Notes: generated from the sequence alone by a model not told the origin. 62,059 nt of DNA from Akkermansia sp. (GCA_043758205.1 JAYVNY010000111.1:1-62059); one strand, 5' to 3'; positions 14,430 through 26,383 are shown, counted from the first letter of the stretch. Numbers and translations are program-made.

Positions 14430-16883
14430 TCATTTCTTCCGCCACGCCTGCCACCACAATGGCAGCAGGAACACCGAGATCATCATCGCGCAGACGATGC
14501 CCAGACCACAAACTTTTCCGAGGCTGGCCATCCCGGCGTTGCTGGAAAACGCCAGCGACGCAAAGCCTGCCACCGTCGTGGAACCCGCCAGCAGCAGCGC
14601 GCGTCCGATCGAGCCGCGCACCAGCGCGAGGTCGCCGTGATGCCGCTGGAGCGCGAGTTGAATGTGGATGCTGAAGTCCACGCCCATGCCGAGCAACAGC
14701 GGCAGCGCCATCAGGTTCAACAAATTCCATGACCAGCCCGCGACACCCATGAACGCCGTCAGGCACAGCGCGCTCACGACGAGCGCCATCATGCTCAACA
14801 TCACTTCGCGCACGCTGCGGAAGGCCAGCCACAGCGTGAACAGCACGAGCGCGATCATCGGCAGCATCACCTTCCAGAAATCCGCCTGCACCTTCGCGAA
14901 CACCGTGTAGCCCAGCACCTCCCAGCCCGAGACATAGATGCCGTCCTTCGCGAGTTGATCGCCGAAGGCCAGCAGCTTTGGCGTCAGTTCCGGCAGCGGC
15001 ATGTTCGTGTTGCGATAAATCAAACCGAAGGTCATCGCCTGGCCGGGACGACGCGCGATGAATTTGTCGAGCATCCAACGGCTGCTCTCGTTCGTCGGCC
15101 AGAAGACGCCGCCAGATTCCGACGCGTAACGCCAGGCCTGCAACATGTTGTCCGCGAGCGTGAAGGAGTCCTTGGTGAAGCCCGCTTTCTCCGCCGCCTG
15201 CCGCATCGGTTCGCGTTGGCGCGCGAGCGTGGCGACGGTCACGCGGTTGGCCTGTTGATTCACCGGTTCGGGCCACAGCGTCGTGGCCAGTGTGTAACCG
15301 GTGAACCATCCGTTCGACACCGCCTCGCGCAACGCCGCATCCGTTTGATGCAGGCGGGTGTTCACTTCCGCTTCGTCGCGGCCCGTCACCAGCACCCACA
15401 TCGGTTCCTGGGTGCGCTTGAGCTGCTGTTTGATTTCCGCGAAGGCCGAGTAGGCCGGACTGTTCTTCGGGCGCAACGCGTCGGCGGAATGATCAAAGTG
15501 CGGAGGCCGCGAAAGCAGCGCCATGGCGCAGAGAAACACGACAATCACCGTGCTCAACCACGGCAACGGCACGCGGCGCAACGCGCGCTCCGGCACATGA
15601 TGCCCTTCGTCGCTCTCCTGCGCGTGCGCGGGGCGGCGCATCAGTGGCGGCAGATACGCGTAGAGCATCACCACCGCCGCGAGCGCGATGCCGATGGCGA
15701 CGAGCGTGCCGAGTTGCCCGAAGCCCGGCAGTCCCGCGAGGTTCAACACGAGAAATGCGCCGCACGTCGTGACCGTGGACCAGAGGATGCCGGGCGCGGC
15801 CATCTTCTGAATCGCCTTCACCGAGAGCTTCGGATGACTTTGCGCCTCCTGATACAGCACGATGCCGAAGTCCTCCGCGAGTCCGAGCAGGATGGACGCG
15901 AAGCCGAGGCTGATAATGTTCAACGTGCCGAAGAACAGTCCGCCCAGCGCCATCGTGCCGCCGAGGATGAGCAGCAACAGCGCGGTCAACCACAGCAGCG
16001 GTTTGAGCCGCCGGTGCGTGAGGTAAAACAGCGCGGCGATGACCAGCAGCGTCGCGCCGGAGGGCCCGGCGAGATCGCGTTTCAGTCCGGCGGCGATTTC
16101 CGCTGTGAACGCAGGACGCCCCGTGTAGCGCACTTTCACCGGAGCGCGGGCTGCCGAGTCCGCGTGTTCATTCGCGGCGGTCCGCGCTCCGAACTCCACG
16201 GTCCCCGCGACCTGCGCCGCGTGCAGCGCATTGGTCACGATGGTGTTGACCTCCTCCAGCCAGCGCGTGCATTTGCGGAAGTCCGTGATCACGGGCCGCG
16301 CTTCCACGAACACCACGCGGAACGTCCCATCTGCGGACGTGAAAAAATCCTGCCCTTCGCCGAGCGCGGCGGCCCCGGTGATGGACTCCGGCAATTGCGT
16401 CAGGCCAAAGGGATCGTAACCGCGCCGCGCGAGATCAATCGGCGAGAGCGACGTGGTGAGTGCCTCCTGCGTCTCGCGCAGAATCGTGGGCAGCTTCGGG
16501 ACGGCGAGACGGTTCGTGAGTTCGGCGAGAACTTCGGGCGGCTGATTGAACCACGCGAAGGCCACCAACTCCGCCGACTGGCCGGGATTCTCCAGCCACA
16601 GCGGCTGCCAGGTGACCTGCCGCGTGAGGTTCGTGGCCGCGCGCAACGCCTGCGCAATGCCGCGCGCCGCGCTCTCCGCCGCCTCGGGGTCTTCCGAGTT
16701 CAGCGTGATGATCAACTCGCGCCCATTCGAGAAATTCGTCTGGTAAAGTTTGATCCCGCGCACGACCGGAAACTGATCCGGCAGCAGATTCAACACTTCT
16801 ACATCAAGCCGAAGCCGCCACAATCCGAGGCCCATCGGAATGAGGAGCAACAGCCAGAGCCAGTGGCGGGAGAGTTTCATCAA
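14430..16883 (-). CDS. MMPL/RND-superfamily exporter (COG4258-like predicted exporter)
   Basis: The product is 817 aa with two blocks of ~6 TM helices, each preceded by a large soluble loop. A LolA-like gene lies directly downstream. Confidence 0.8.
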   Translation of the reverse strand: MMKLSRHWLWLLLLIPMGLGLWRLRLDVEVLNLLPDQFPVVRGIKLYQTNFSNGRELIITLNSEDPEAAESAARGIAQALRAATNLTRQVTWQPLWLENPGQSAELVAFAWFNQPPEVLAELTNRLAVPKLPTILRETQEALTTSLSPIDLARRGYDPFGLTQLPESITGAAALGEGQDFFTSADGTFRVVFVEARPVITDFRKCTRWLEEVNTIVTNALHAAQVAGTVEFGARTAANEHADSAARAPVKVRYTGRPAFTAEIAAGLKRDLAGPSGATLLVIAALFYLTHRRLKPLLWLTALLLLILGGTMALGGLFFGTLNIISLGFASILLGLAEDFGIVLYQEAQSHPKLSVKAIQKMAAPGILWSTVTTCGAFLVLNLAGLPGFGQLGTLVAIGIALAAVVMLYAYLPPLMRRPAHAQESDEGHHVPERALRRVPLPWLSTVIVVFLCAMALLSRPPHFDHSADALRPKNSPAYSAFAEIKQQLKRTQEPMWVLVTGRDEAEVNTRLHQTDAALREAVSNGWFTGYTLATTLWPEPVNQQANRVTVATLARQREPMRQAAEKAGFTKDSFTLADNMLQAWRYASESGGVFWPTNESSRWMLDKFIARRPGQAMTFGLIYRNTNMPLPELTPKLLAFGDQLAKDGIYVSGWEVLGYTVFAKVQADFWKVMLPMIALVLFTLWLAFRSVREVMLSMMALVVSALCLTAFMGVAGWSWNLLNLMALPLLLGMGVDFSIHIQLALQRHHGDLALVRGSIGRALLLAGSTTVAGFASLAFSSNAGMASLGKVCGLGIVCAMMISVFLLPLWWQAWRKK

Positions 16884-16925
16884 CGGGAGAGGAGAACTTC
16901 TAACAACCCAAGTTAGGCCAAACGG

Positions 16926-17219
16926 TCACTCGACACCTCTCATTGTCCAAATGAAGTGAACCAGGAAGAATGCAATGACTACGAGTGGCAGATAACCGAA
17001 CCGAAGCAACTCAATGTCTATCCGTGTCGGTGACGGTGGCCGCCGCCAAATCAGCACCGCGGCACCACCCCAGAAAGCAACCAACGCAATGCCACAAATG
17101 CGCGCTGTCGTGCCGCCGTCGAGAATGAGCAGGCTAAACAATCCCAATAGCACCTGAAGACCGAGTGCCTCAAAAATTGGCTTCCTGTAATTCGGAGAGA
17201 TGGGCAATGAAGGAGTCAT
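16926..17219 (-). CDS. Small hypothetical membrane protein (97 aa, ~3 TM helices)
   Basis: This is an intact ORF with hydrophobic helices. It is visibly more A/T-rich than its neighbours. I recognise no family. Confidence 0.5.
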   Translation of the reverse strand: MTPSLPISPNYRKPIFEALGLQVLLGLFSLLILDGGTTARICGIALVAFWGGAAVLIWRRPPSPTRIDIELLRFGYLPLVVIAFFLVHFIWTMRGVE

Positions 17220-17244
17220 GGTGCGTAGTACGGTCGAAGTCTTC

Positions 17245-17861
17245 CTAGGGATTCAAAAACCCCGTCACCATCTCGCCGGTCTTCGGGTTCTCCAGCTTGA
17301 AGCCGTTGGGGATCACGGATTGAAACTCCAGCGGAGCGGGCGGCTTCGTGCCGTTCAGCGCGCGCGCGAGGTGGACCCAGAGGATATCCGCGTCCGGCAC
17401 GCCGTGGCCGTGATGGAAGCGGCGTTGCTGGATATATTTCAGTTCCCATTGCGTGCCGCTGCTTTGCACGTTCACGAAGGGCAGGGGATTCTTGGTCAGT
17501 TGCAGCATCACCCGGTCGCCACGCGTGGCCAGCAGCAACTCACCGGCAAACTCCGGCTTGTCGCGCTCGCGCCGCCAGACGGCCTGCCCTTGTCGTTGCG
17601 TCCAGCCCGGCTCGGACAAGTTGACCGGCGGGAGATCAGCAGTCGTGCGGCAGGAGCAGAGCAGCAGGGCGAGAATGACGAACTGGGTAGCACAGGCAAC
17701 CTGCCTGTGCCGCCGGGCTACCAGCCCGGTGGAAGGGAGTGAGTGTAGTTGGCGAAAGGAACATTCATCTGACTTGCGGTGCTCCCTCTCATTCCGCTGG
17801 GCAGGTTGCCCAGCGGGACGGGCTGGTAGCCCGTTCCACCCATTCGTCATTCGTGAATTCG

Positions 17862-17865
<4 letters not shown>
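17245..17865 (-). CDS. Hypothetical lipoprotein-like protein, translationally coupled to the upstream FGE-domain gene
   Basis: Its ATG overlaps the upstream stop in an ATGA overlap at 17862-17865. An internal RRHRQVACATQFVILALLLCSC looks like a lipoprotein signal with lipobox, but no canonical start codon lies just upstream of it. The first ~55 codons are made of repeat-like DNA. Confidence 0.55.
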
Positions 17866-19580
<1,715 letters not shown>

Positions 19581-19696
19581 TCGCAATGTGATTGGATAGT
19601 TGGACGCCGCCTGTGCGGATGTCAATTCACCGGGCAGCGGACTCATCCGGAATTTTGCCGTTGTGGGCGGAATCCAGTGCGGCTATTTTCCCGCCC

Positions 19697-19963
19697 ATGG
19701 ATCCGTCCACGAGGTTCTTGCGAGAATTCCGCGCCTTGCGCACCTTTGTAATCGCCACGGGACTCTTGCTCTTTGGCCTCGCGGTCCCCTCATCCGAGGG
19801 TGCGGCAAGTCGCTGGTGGCTTATTGGTGCCGCTGCATTTGGCTACGCTATGGCGGCCTATTCCTTTTGGAGCAGCAAACGGAAGCCAAAAAAGCGGTCG
19901 CCTGAACAGGAATACACGCACCGCAACCCGCCCGCGAAACTGCCTCCCATCCGCCCAGAGTGA
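19697..19963 (+). CDS. Small hypothetical membrane protein (88 aa, 2 TM helices)
   Basis: The ATG at 19697 (MDPSTRFLREF) is followed by two hydrophobic helices and a basic tail. I recognise no family. Confidence 0.45.
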   Translation: MDPSTRFLREFRALRTFVIATGLLLFGLAVPSSEGAASRWWLIGAAAFGYAMAAYSFWSSKRKPKKRSPEQEYTHRNPPAKLPPIRPE

Positions 19964-20051
19964 TTTGGGAGCAACCGGAAAAAGGCAATGAGTCCTCGGC
20001 CTCAACTTCCGTCTAGGCGAAATGCGTCGGCGTCTCACCCGAGTTTGAAGG

Positions 20052-21137
20052 TCAGAGCAGCGCCCGCAAGTCCGTCACCAGCGCCGCTACGTCCTCCGCC
20101 TGCGTGTCCCACGAGCACATGAAGCGGCAGCCGCCCGCGCCGATGAAGGTGTAGAACATCCAGCCCTTCGCCCACAGCGCCTCGATAGCCGGACGTGGCA
20201 ACTCCGCGAAGACCGCATTCGCGTCGCGCGGAAAGAGCACCTTCACGCCGGGCAAAGCGGCGAGGGATTTCTCCAACAACGCCGCCATGTTATTCGCGTG
20301 CGTGGCGTGACGCAGCCACGCGCCGTCCTGCAACATCCCGACCCACGGCGCGCTGAGGAACCGCATCTTGGACGCGAGCTGTCCGGCCTGCTTGCAGCGG
20401 AAATCAAACTCGCGCGCCAGTTCGCGGTTGAAAAACACTACGCACTCGCCCACGGCCATGCCGTTCTTCGTGCCGCCGAAACAGAGGACGTCCACGCCGG
20501 CCTGCCAGGTGATTTCCTTCGGCGCGCAGCCGAGCGAGGCCACGGCGTTCGCAAAGCGCGCGCCGTCCATGTGCATTCGCAAGCCGAAGGATTTCGCCTT
20601 GGCCCACACCGCTTTGATTTCGTCGGGTGTGTAAACCGTTCCGACTTCCGTCGCCTGCGTGATGCTGACCGCGCGTGGTTTTGGGAAATGAATGTCGGTG
20701 CGCTTCTTCACCATGCGCTCGATGCTGGCGGGATCAATTTTCCCGTTCGTCGCGGGGACGAGCAGAACTTTGGTGCCGTTGGAAAAAAACTCCGGGGCGC
20801 CGCACTCGTCCGTCTCCACATGCGCCACGTCCGTGCAGAGAATGCTGTGATAGGACTGGCAGAGCGACGCCAGCGAGAGGGAATTCGCCGCCGTGCCGTT
20901 GAAGGTGAAGAACACTTCGCAATCCGTCTCGAACACGTCGCGCAGCAGATTCGCCGCCTGCTCGGTCCATGCATCATCGCCGTAGCTGCGCTCGTGATGA
21001 GTGTTGGCCTCCTCCATCGCCCGCCAGGCTTCGGGACAGATGCCAGCGTAATTGTCGCTGGCGAACTGGCGGTGGCGTGTCTTGGGGCTGCGCTTGAACT
21101 GGGCGCGTGTCTGCGGTTCAGGACTGTTCGATGACAT
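20052..21137 (-). CDS. ltaE: Low-specificity L-threonine aldolase (PLP-dependent)
   Basis: Seen: FASDNYAG, FNGTAANSL and GGTKNG (the PLP lysine context). The product is 361 aa. Confidence 0.85.
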   Translation of the reverse strand: MSSNSPEPQTRAQFKRSPKTRHRQFASDNYAGICPEAWRAMEEANTHHERSYGDDAWTEQAANLLRDVFETDCEVFFTFNGTAANSLSLASLCQSYHSILCTDVAHVETDECGAPEFFSNGTKVLLVPATNGKIDPASIERMVKKRTDIHFPKPRAVSITQATEVGTVYTPDEIKAVWAKAKSFGLRMHMDGARFANAVASLGCAPKEITWQAGVDVLCFGGTKNGMAVGECVVFFNRELAREFDFRCKQAGQLASKMRFLSAPWVGMLQDGAWLRHATHANNMAALLEKSLAALPGVKVLFPRDANAVFAELPRPAIEALWAKGWMFYTFIGAGGCRFMCSWDTQAEDVAALVTDLRALL

Positions 21138-21204
21138 GGCGCGAAGAATTAACGGGCGAATCCTGCGGTGACGAGAATTTCTTGGGAAAGGTGGCGCATG
21201 GAAC

Positions 21205-21313
21205 GGGAGGCTCGAAAGCCTCCCAACCTGCCGACAAGAATGTCGGCGTTACGTCGTCGGCGTTACGTCGCGTCGGCTTTCCAGCCGGCAGGTTGGGAGG
21301 CTTTCGAGCCTCC
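21205..21313. repeat. REP/MITE-like element, family A copy 2, with 28-nt perfect terminal inverted repeats
   Basis: gggaggctcgaaagcctcccaacctgccg (21205-21233) is the reverse complement of cggcaggttgggaggctttcgagcctcc (21286-21313). The core contains an internal duplication, tcggcgttacgtcg x2. Confidence 0.9.
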
Positions 21314-21375
21314 AGTTCCCCTCTCCGAAGTTTCCAACATTCCCACGGCGCTCCCTGTCTGCCACCTTCCACGCC

Positions 21376-22665
21376 GTGCAGATTGAAATCATCAACATCG
21401 GCAGCGAGCTGATGCTCGGGCGCGTGCTGAACACCCATCAGCAGTGGCTTTGCCGCCAACTCACGGACCTCGGCTACACCGTGGCGCGGCAACTCGCGGT
21501 CGCCGACGAAAGCGCACCAGTCCAGGCCGCGATGCGCGAATCGTTGGCGCGCGCGGACCTCATCATCATCACCGGCGGACTCGGTCCCACGAGCGATGAT
21601 CTCACGAGAGATTTCATTGCCGGACTTCTCGGCGTGGAACTGGAGCGTAACGAGGAAGTGCTCGCGCGCCTTACGCACTTCTTTACCTCGCGCCAGCGGC
21701 CCATGCCCGAGAGCACGAAGATCCAAGCACAGGTGCCTCGTGGCGCGACGGTGCTGATGAACGCGCACGGCACCGCGCCGGGCCTGATTCTGTCCGTAAC
21801 GGGAAAATTTCGCGAAGGCACGACGTGGATTGTCATGCTGCCCGGGCCGCCGCGCGAGTTGCGCCCGATGTTCACCCACCAAGTCGTGCCGTGGCTCGGC
21901 ACGGCGCTGCCCGTCGAGGGCGACTTTGTTTGCCGCACCTTGAAGACCACGGGACTCGGCGAATCGCGCGTCGAGGAAATCATCGCACCCCAACTCAAGC
22001 ATCTGACCGACGCCGGACTGGTCCTGGGCTACTGCGCGCGGGTCGGTGAAGTGGACGTGCGCTTCGTGGCGCAAGGCTGCGGCGCGCATGAGAATGTGGG
22101 CGAGGCGGAGGGCATCACGCGACGTTTGATCGGCGAGCACATTTTCGGCGTGGACGATGATTCACTCGAAGAGAGCGTGGTGCGTCTGCTCACGGAACGA
22201 AAACTCACGCTCGCGCTGGCGGAGTCCTGCACCGGCGGTTTCATCGCGCATCGCCTGACCAATGTGCCGGGTGCATCGGCGGTGTTGTGGGGCGGCGCGG
22301 TGAGCTACGCGAACGAGGCCAAGGTGAAAATTCTCGGCGTGAATCCTGTCACACTGGCCGCCCACGGCGCGGTCAGCGAAGCGACGGCGAGCGAGATGGC
22401 GACGGGTGCGTTGAAAATCAGTGGCGCGGATTTCGCGCTCTCCGTCACCGGCATCGCTGGGCCGGACGGCGGCACGGCGGAGAAACCGGTGGGCACCGTG
22501 TTCATCGGCCTGGCCAGTCGAGAGGGCGTGACGGCGAAAAAATTTCTCAACCGCTTCGACCGCGAGACCTTCAAGTACGTGACCTCGCAGCAGGCGCTGG
22601 AGCTCGTGCGCCGGAGCGTGGCGGGTATTTCTAGCAGTTGCGCCCCGCCCGCCTTTGCGCCATAA
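21376..22665 (+). CDS. cinA: CinA family protein (MoCF-binding domain plus NMN deamidase PncC domain)
   Basis: Seen: N-terminal MQIEIINIGSELMLGRVLNTH, ITGGLGPTSDDLT and C-terminal ESCTGG. The start is GTG at 21376. Confidence 0.9.
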   Translation: MQIEIINIGSELMLGRVLNTHQQWLCRQLTDLGYTVARQLAVADESAPVQAAMRESLARADLIIITGGLGPTSDDLTRDFIAGLLGVELERNEEVLARLTHFFTSRQRPMPESTKIQAQVPRGATVLMNAHGTAPGLILSVTGKFREGTTWIVMLPGPPRELRPMFTHQVVPWLGTALPVEGDFVCRTLKTTGLGESRVEEIIAPQLKHLTDAGLVLGYCARVGEVDVRFVAQGCGAHENVGEAEGITRRLIGEHIFGVDDDSLEESVVRLLTERKLTLALAESCTGGFIAHRLTNVPGASAVLWGGAVSYANEAKVKILGVNPVTLAAHGAVSEATASEMATGALKISGADFALSVTGIAGPDGGTAEKPVGTVFIGLASREGVTAKKFLNRFDRETFKYVTSQQALELVRRSVAGISSSCAPPAFAP

Positions 22666-22693
22666 CGCCGTCCGAATTCAACCAAGGAAAATT

Positions 22694-23233
22694 ATGAACC
22701 AGATCATCAAATCTCTTCTCACTGTCACCGTTGTCGCGGGTGCGTTTGTCATTGCGGGCTGCGCCTCCGGGGATCATCACCACGCCCACCGACGTCATGC
22801 GCGGGCGGAGTTGAACCCGGCCTCCGGCAGCAATGTGCGGGGCGTCGTGGATTTTTATGAAACCGCCAAAGGGGTGCGCGTAGTCGCCACGGTCAGCGGC
22901 CTGACGCCGGGCCTGCATGGTTTTCACATTCACGAGAAGGGCGACTGCTCCGCGCCGGACGCCACGTCCGCCGGGCCGCATTTCAATCCCGGCGGCATGA
23001 AGCACGGCGGGCCGGGCGATGCCATGCGCCACGCGGGCGACTTCGGCAACATCACCGCCAACGCGGCGGGGATGGCGAAGTTTGAAACCCTCGATCACCA
23101 CATCACGTTCGACGGGGCTAATTCCATTCTCGGTCGCGGCGTGATTGTCCATGCCAGCGCCGACGATCTTTCCGGCCAGCCCGCGGGCAACGCCGGTGCG
23201 CGGCAGGCGTGCGGAGTGATTCAGGCTCATTGA
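22694..23233 (+). CDS. sodC: Cu/Zn superoxide dismutase, lipoprotein form with a His-rich N-terminal stretch
   Basis: Seen: lipobox VIAGCAS then GDHHHAHRRH, plus GFHIHEKGDC, GPHFNP and HAGDFGN copper/zinc ligand motifs. AAGGAAA lies upstream of ATG 22694. Confidence 0.9.
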   Translation: MNQIIKSLLTVTVVAGAFVIAGCASGDHHHAHRRHARAELNPASGSNVRGVVDFYETAKGVRVVATVSGLTPGLHGFHIHEKGDCSAPDATSAGPHFNPGGMKHGGPGDAMRHAGDFGNITANAAGMAKFETLDHHITFDGANSILGRGVIVHASADDLSGQPAGNAGARQACGVIQAH

Positions 23234-23368
23234 GGCAACAGTTTTTCCCAGCCACGCCGTCGCGCCCAAACGCGGCGGCGTTTTTCTTTCCTTGGCAGAG
23301 CCGGTAAAATTTTCCCCCGAGGGCAAATCCTGATTCCCTCATGGCGGCGGGACGAATAGTTTGGGGTC

Positions 23369-24835
23369 GTGCTTGAATTCAGAGGTAGTTCCAACCTGCT
23401 CGTAAAGTTTTTGGAAACCGGCCTGGCGCTGGCGGTGCTGGTCTCGGCGGCGGTGGCCCAATCGCCGGCCCCGTTGCGTTCTTATCAGGACTGGGTGGCG
23501 GCGTGTGAAAAACTTCCCTCGAACCGCGCGCTGAACGGACGCCTGCCGCCGCGCGCGCTGCTGCCGCTGGCGCAGTTCGCGGAGTTCGACGCGGTGCTGC
23601 AAGCCTTCTTCGCGCTTTCCCAGACCGGCGCCTTGTCGCGGACGACGAACTGGACGGGATCGGCACCGTCCACCAACACGTTCTTCAACACGGCCCGCGC
23701 GTATTTCATGCCGGCCTCGGAGCAAACCGTCGCCATTCCGTTCGAGCCGTTCGCGCAAAGGCTGGCGCTGCCGGCGGACAGTGAAGTTTGTTTTCGCGGC
23801 GACTTGCACGGCGACATCCGCTCGCTGCTCGCGAACCTCGCGTGGTTGAACGCGCAGGGCCATCTGCGCGGCTTCGACATCGCGCGCACGAACTTCCACA
23901 TGGTCTTCCTCGGCGACTTCACGGATCGCGGCGCGTATGGCGTGGAGGTGCTCTACACTTTGCTGCGGCTCAAGCTCGCCAATCCCGACCGCGTTTTCCT
24001 CGTGCGCGGCAATCACGAGGAGGCGGCCATGCAGTCACGTTACGGATTTTTCCTCGAAGGGCAGGGGAAGTATGGCCGCGAGTTCAACGCGCTGAAGGTC
24101 GGGCGTGCCTCCGACTTTTTTCCGGTCGTGGTTTACGTGGGCGCGGGAACGAACTTCATCCAGTGCAATCACGGCGGGTTGGAACCGGGCTTTGCGCCGC
24201 GCGCTTTGTTGGCGTCGTCCGTCTCGCCAGGTTTTCAATTCCTCGGGACGTTGCACCAGCAGCGTTTCCTCGCGGAGAATCTGGATTCTTTCGGCGACGC
24301 GGAGACGAAGGCACTGGCCCGCGCCGCTCTGCGAGATTTTCAACCACTGGCCCCGACCGATCCTGACGTGCTGGGTTTCATGTGGAACGATTTCACCGTG
24401 CAGCGCAGTGAGCCTGAGTTCGTGCGTGATCCCGGTCGCGGCCAGGTGTACGGCGCGCGGGCCACGGCGGCGGTGTTGCGCCACGCCAGCGGGCCGGGGC
24501 GCGAAGTGCGGGCGGTCTTTCGCGCGCATCAACATTCAACCGTGCCGAATCCGATGATGCGCCGCCTCGTCGCGAGCCGCGGCGTCTTCCGGCACTGGCA
24601 GACGGGAGATGTGCCCTCGTTGATCGACGCTCCGGTCACGCAGTTGCGCGGCGTGCTGGAGCAGGACGAAACGCGTTCCGTCCCGGCGAACTCGGTGTGG
24701 ACCTTCAACGTGGGCGTGGACAGCGTGTATGGCACGGGCAACCAGTTTGATTTCGATTCCTTCGCGCTGCTGCGCCTCGCGCCCGAGTTCTCCGCGTGGA
24801 AACTGCGCGTCGTGAACGTGCCGGTGAAGTTTTGA
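23369..24835 (+). CDS. Secreted PPP-family metallophosphoesterase (Ser/Thr phosphatase-like)
   Basis: Seen: GDLHGD, GDFTDRG and RGNHE motifs, with a signal-peptide-like N-terminus. The product is 488 aa. Confidence 0.8.
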   Translation: MLEFRGSSNLLVKFLETGLALAVLVSAAVAQSPAPLRSYQDWVAACEKLPSNRALNGRLPPRALLPLAQFAEFDAVLQAFFALSQTGALSRTTNWTGSAPSTNTFFNTARAYFMPASEQTVAIPFEPFAQRLALPADSEVCFRGDLHGDIRSLLANLAWLNAQGHLRGFDIARTNFHMVFLGDFTDRGAYGVEVLYTLLRLKLANPDRVFLVRGNHEEAAMQSRYGFFLEGQGKYGREFNALKVGRASDFFPVVVYVGAGTNFIQCNHGGLEPGFAPRALLASSVSPGFQFLGTLHQQRFLAENLDSFGDAETKALARAALRDFQPLAPTDPDVLGFMWNDFTVQRSEPEFVRDPGRGQVYGARATAAVLRHASGPGREVRAVFRAHQHSTVPNPMMRRLVASRGVFRHWQTGDVPSLIDAPVTQLRGVLEQDETRSVPANSVWTFNVGVDSVYGTGNQFDFDSFALLRLAPEFSAWKLRVVNVPVKF

Positions 24836-24880
24836 CGGAGCGCGGGTTTTTAATCCGCAGCAATGCACCGGCTCCGGTGG

Positions 24881-26224
24881 TTATTCCGCCTTGTGGAAAA
24901 TCGCCGTGTTCGCCGCCTTGATCAGCCGCAGCCGGGCCACGCGCGCGCCGTCCATTTCTTCCACGCGCAGTTCATGCGGGCCGACGCGGACCACGTCGTC
25001 ATGCTTTGGGAAGCCGCCGAGTTTGTGCGTCACCCAGCCGCTCGCGGTCGTCACGCCCTCCTCGTTCAACGGTTCGCCGGTCAGTTCCGCGAGATCGTGC
25101 AAGGGCAGCGCGCCGTCCACGAGCCAGGTGCGTTCATCCTGCTTCACCAGCAGCGGCTTCTCCTGATCGAACTCGTCCTGAATCTGCCCGACGAGTTCTT
25201 CGAGAATGTTTTCCAACGTCACGAGTCCGACGGTGCCGCCGTATTCGTCCACGACCAGCGCCATGTGAACCTTGCGTTCGAGAAAAATTTTCAGCAGCCG
25301 TTCGAGCCGCGCGGTCTCGGGGACATAAACCAGTTTCTTTGCGTGCGGCAGCAGCTCGCGCACGGTCGAGGCCTTCTCGCGTGCGGCGTACAAATCTTTC
25401 ACATGCAGGAAGCCCAGCGCGTGATCCAGGTTCCCGTTCTCCACCACGGGCAGGCGCGAGAAGCGCAACTGCGCGGCGGTTTCCAGTGCTGACGCGAGCG
25501 GCGTGGCGACATCGAGCGTCACGATCTCGCGGCGCGGGCGCATGACTTCGCGGGCCACGCGCTGGCGCAGGTCAAAGGCGTTCAACACGATGTCGCGGCT
25601 CGCTCCGGCACGGCCCTCGCCGTGGTCCGAGGACGCCACCAGCAGGCGCAGTTCTTCCTCCGAATGCGCGATCTCGCCCTCGCCCGCCGTATTGATACCA
25701 AGCTGACGGAGGAACCAGAGCGAGGCGTTGTTCAGCACCCAGATGAAGGGATAGGCGATGTAGTTGAAAATTTGCAGCGGCATCGCAACCCAGAGCGAAG
25801 TGGGCAGCGGCTTTTGAATGGCCAGCCATTTCGGGGCCTGTTCCCCCACCACGATGTGCAGAAAGGTGATGAGTGAAAAACCGACGATGAAAGACAGCGT
25901 GTGCTGCACGGCCAGCGATTCGATGTGCAGCATGGCCATGAGCGGTTCGAGCAGCTTGGCGAAGACCGGCTCGCCGATCCAGCCGAGGCCCAGGCTGGCG
26001 AGCGTGATGCCGAGTTGCGCCGCGCTGAGCGAGCGGTCGAGATTTTGCAACACCTGCCGCGCGACGCGGGCCCGCCGGCTGCCGCGCCGGATGAACGGCT
26101 GCAACTGGGTGTCGCGGATTTTGACCAGCGCGAATTCGGCGGCGACGAAGAAACCGTTGACCAGCACGAGCACGAGCACGGCCAGCAGCCGCCAGAGAAT
26201 GCTGATGAATTCGTCGAGGGTCAT
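24881..26224 (-). CDS. CNNM/CorC-type hemolysin-family protein (DUF21 membrane domain, CBS pair, CorC_HlyC domain)
   Basis: The DUF21 N-terminus reads NGFFVAAEFALVK. The central part is a CBS pair and the C-terminal part is transporter-associated. The product is 447 aa. Confidence 0.85.
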   Translation of the reverse strand: MTLDEFISILWRLLAVLVLVLVNGFFVAAEFALVKIRDTQLQPFIRRGSRRARVARQVLQNLDRSLSAAQLGITLASLGLGWIGEPVFAKLLEPLMAMLHIESLAVQHTLSFIVGFSLITFLHIVVGEQAPKWLAIQKPLPTSLWVAMPLQIFNYIAYPFIWVLNNASLWFLRQLGINTAGEGEIAHSEEELRLLVASSDHGEGRAGASRDIVLNAFDLRQRVAREVMRPRREIVTLDVATPLASALETAAQLRFSRLPVVENGNLDHALGFLHVKDLYAAREKASTVRELLPHAKKLVYVPETARLERLLKIFLERKVHMALVVDEYGGTVGLVTLENILEELVGQIQDEFDQEKPLLVKQDERTWLVDGALPLHDLAELTGEPLNEEGVTTASGWVTHKLGGFPKHDDVVRVGPHELRVEEMDGARVARLRLIKAANTAIFHKAE

Positions 26225-26283
26225 GAGCAGGGTTCGTCAGACGGACGGCGTTGTGAACGTCGTGCCTCATTCGTCTTGGGAAC

Positions 26284-26383
26284 GCGAAACTGGAAAGTTT
26301 CGCAACCTGCCGGCTGGAAAGCCGGCCCTACGCCGTAACGCCGACATTCTTGTCGGCAGGTTGCGAGGCTTTTCAGCCTCGTG
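26284..26383. repeat. REP/MITE-like element, family A copy 3 (inverted orientation)
   Basis: The sequence gcaacctgccggctggaaagccggccctacgccgtaacgccgacattcttgtcggcaggttgc is flanked by the hairpins gcgaaactggaaagtttcgc and cgaggcttttcagcctcg. Confidence 0.9.

Noticed and set aside
13480-15399. 639-aa ORF that looks like one large gene
   Set aside because: Only the last ~225 codons (the LolA-like part) are protein-like. The rest reads through the 136-bp palindrome and a shadow frame (same strand, different frame) of the MMPL gene.
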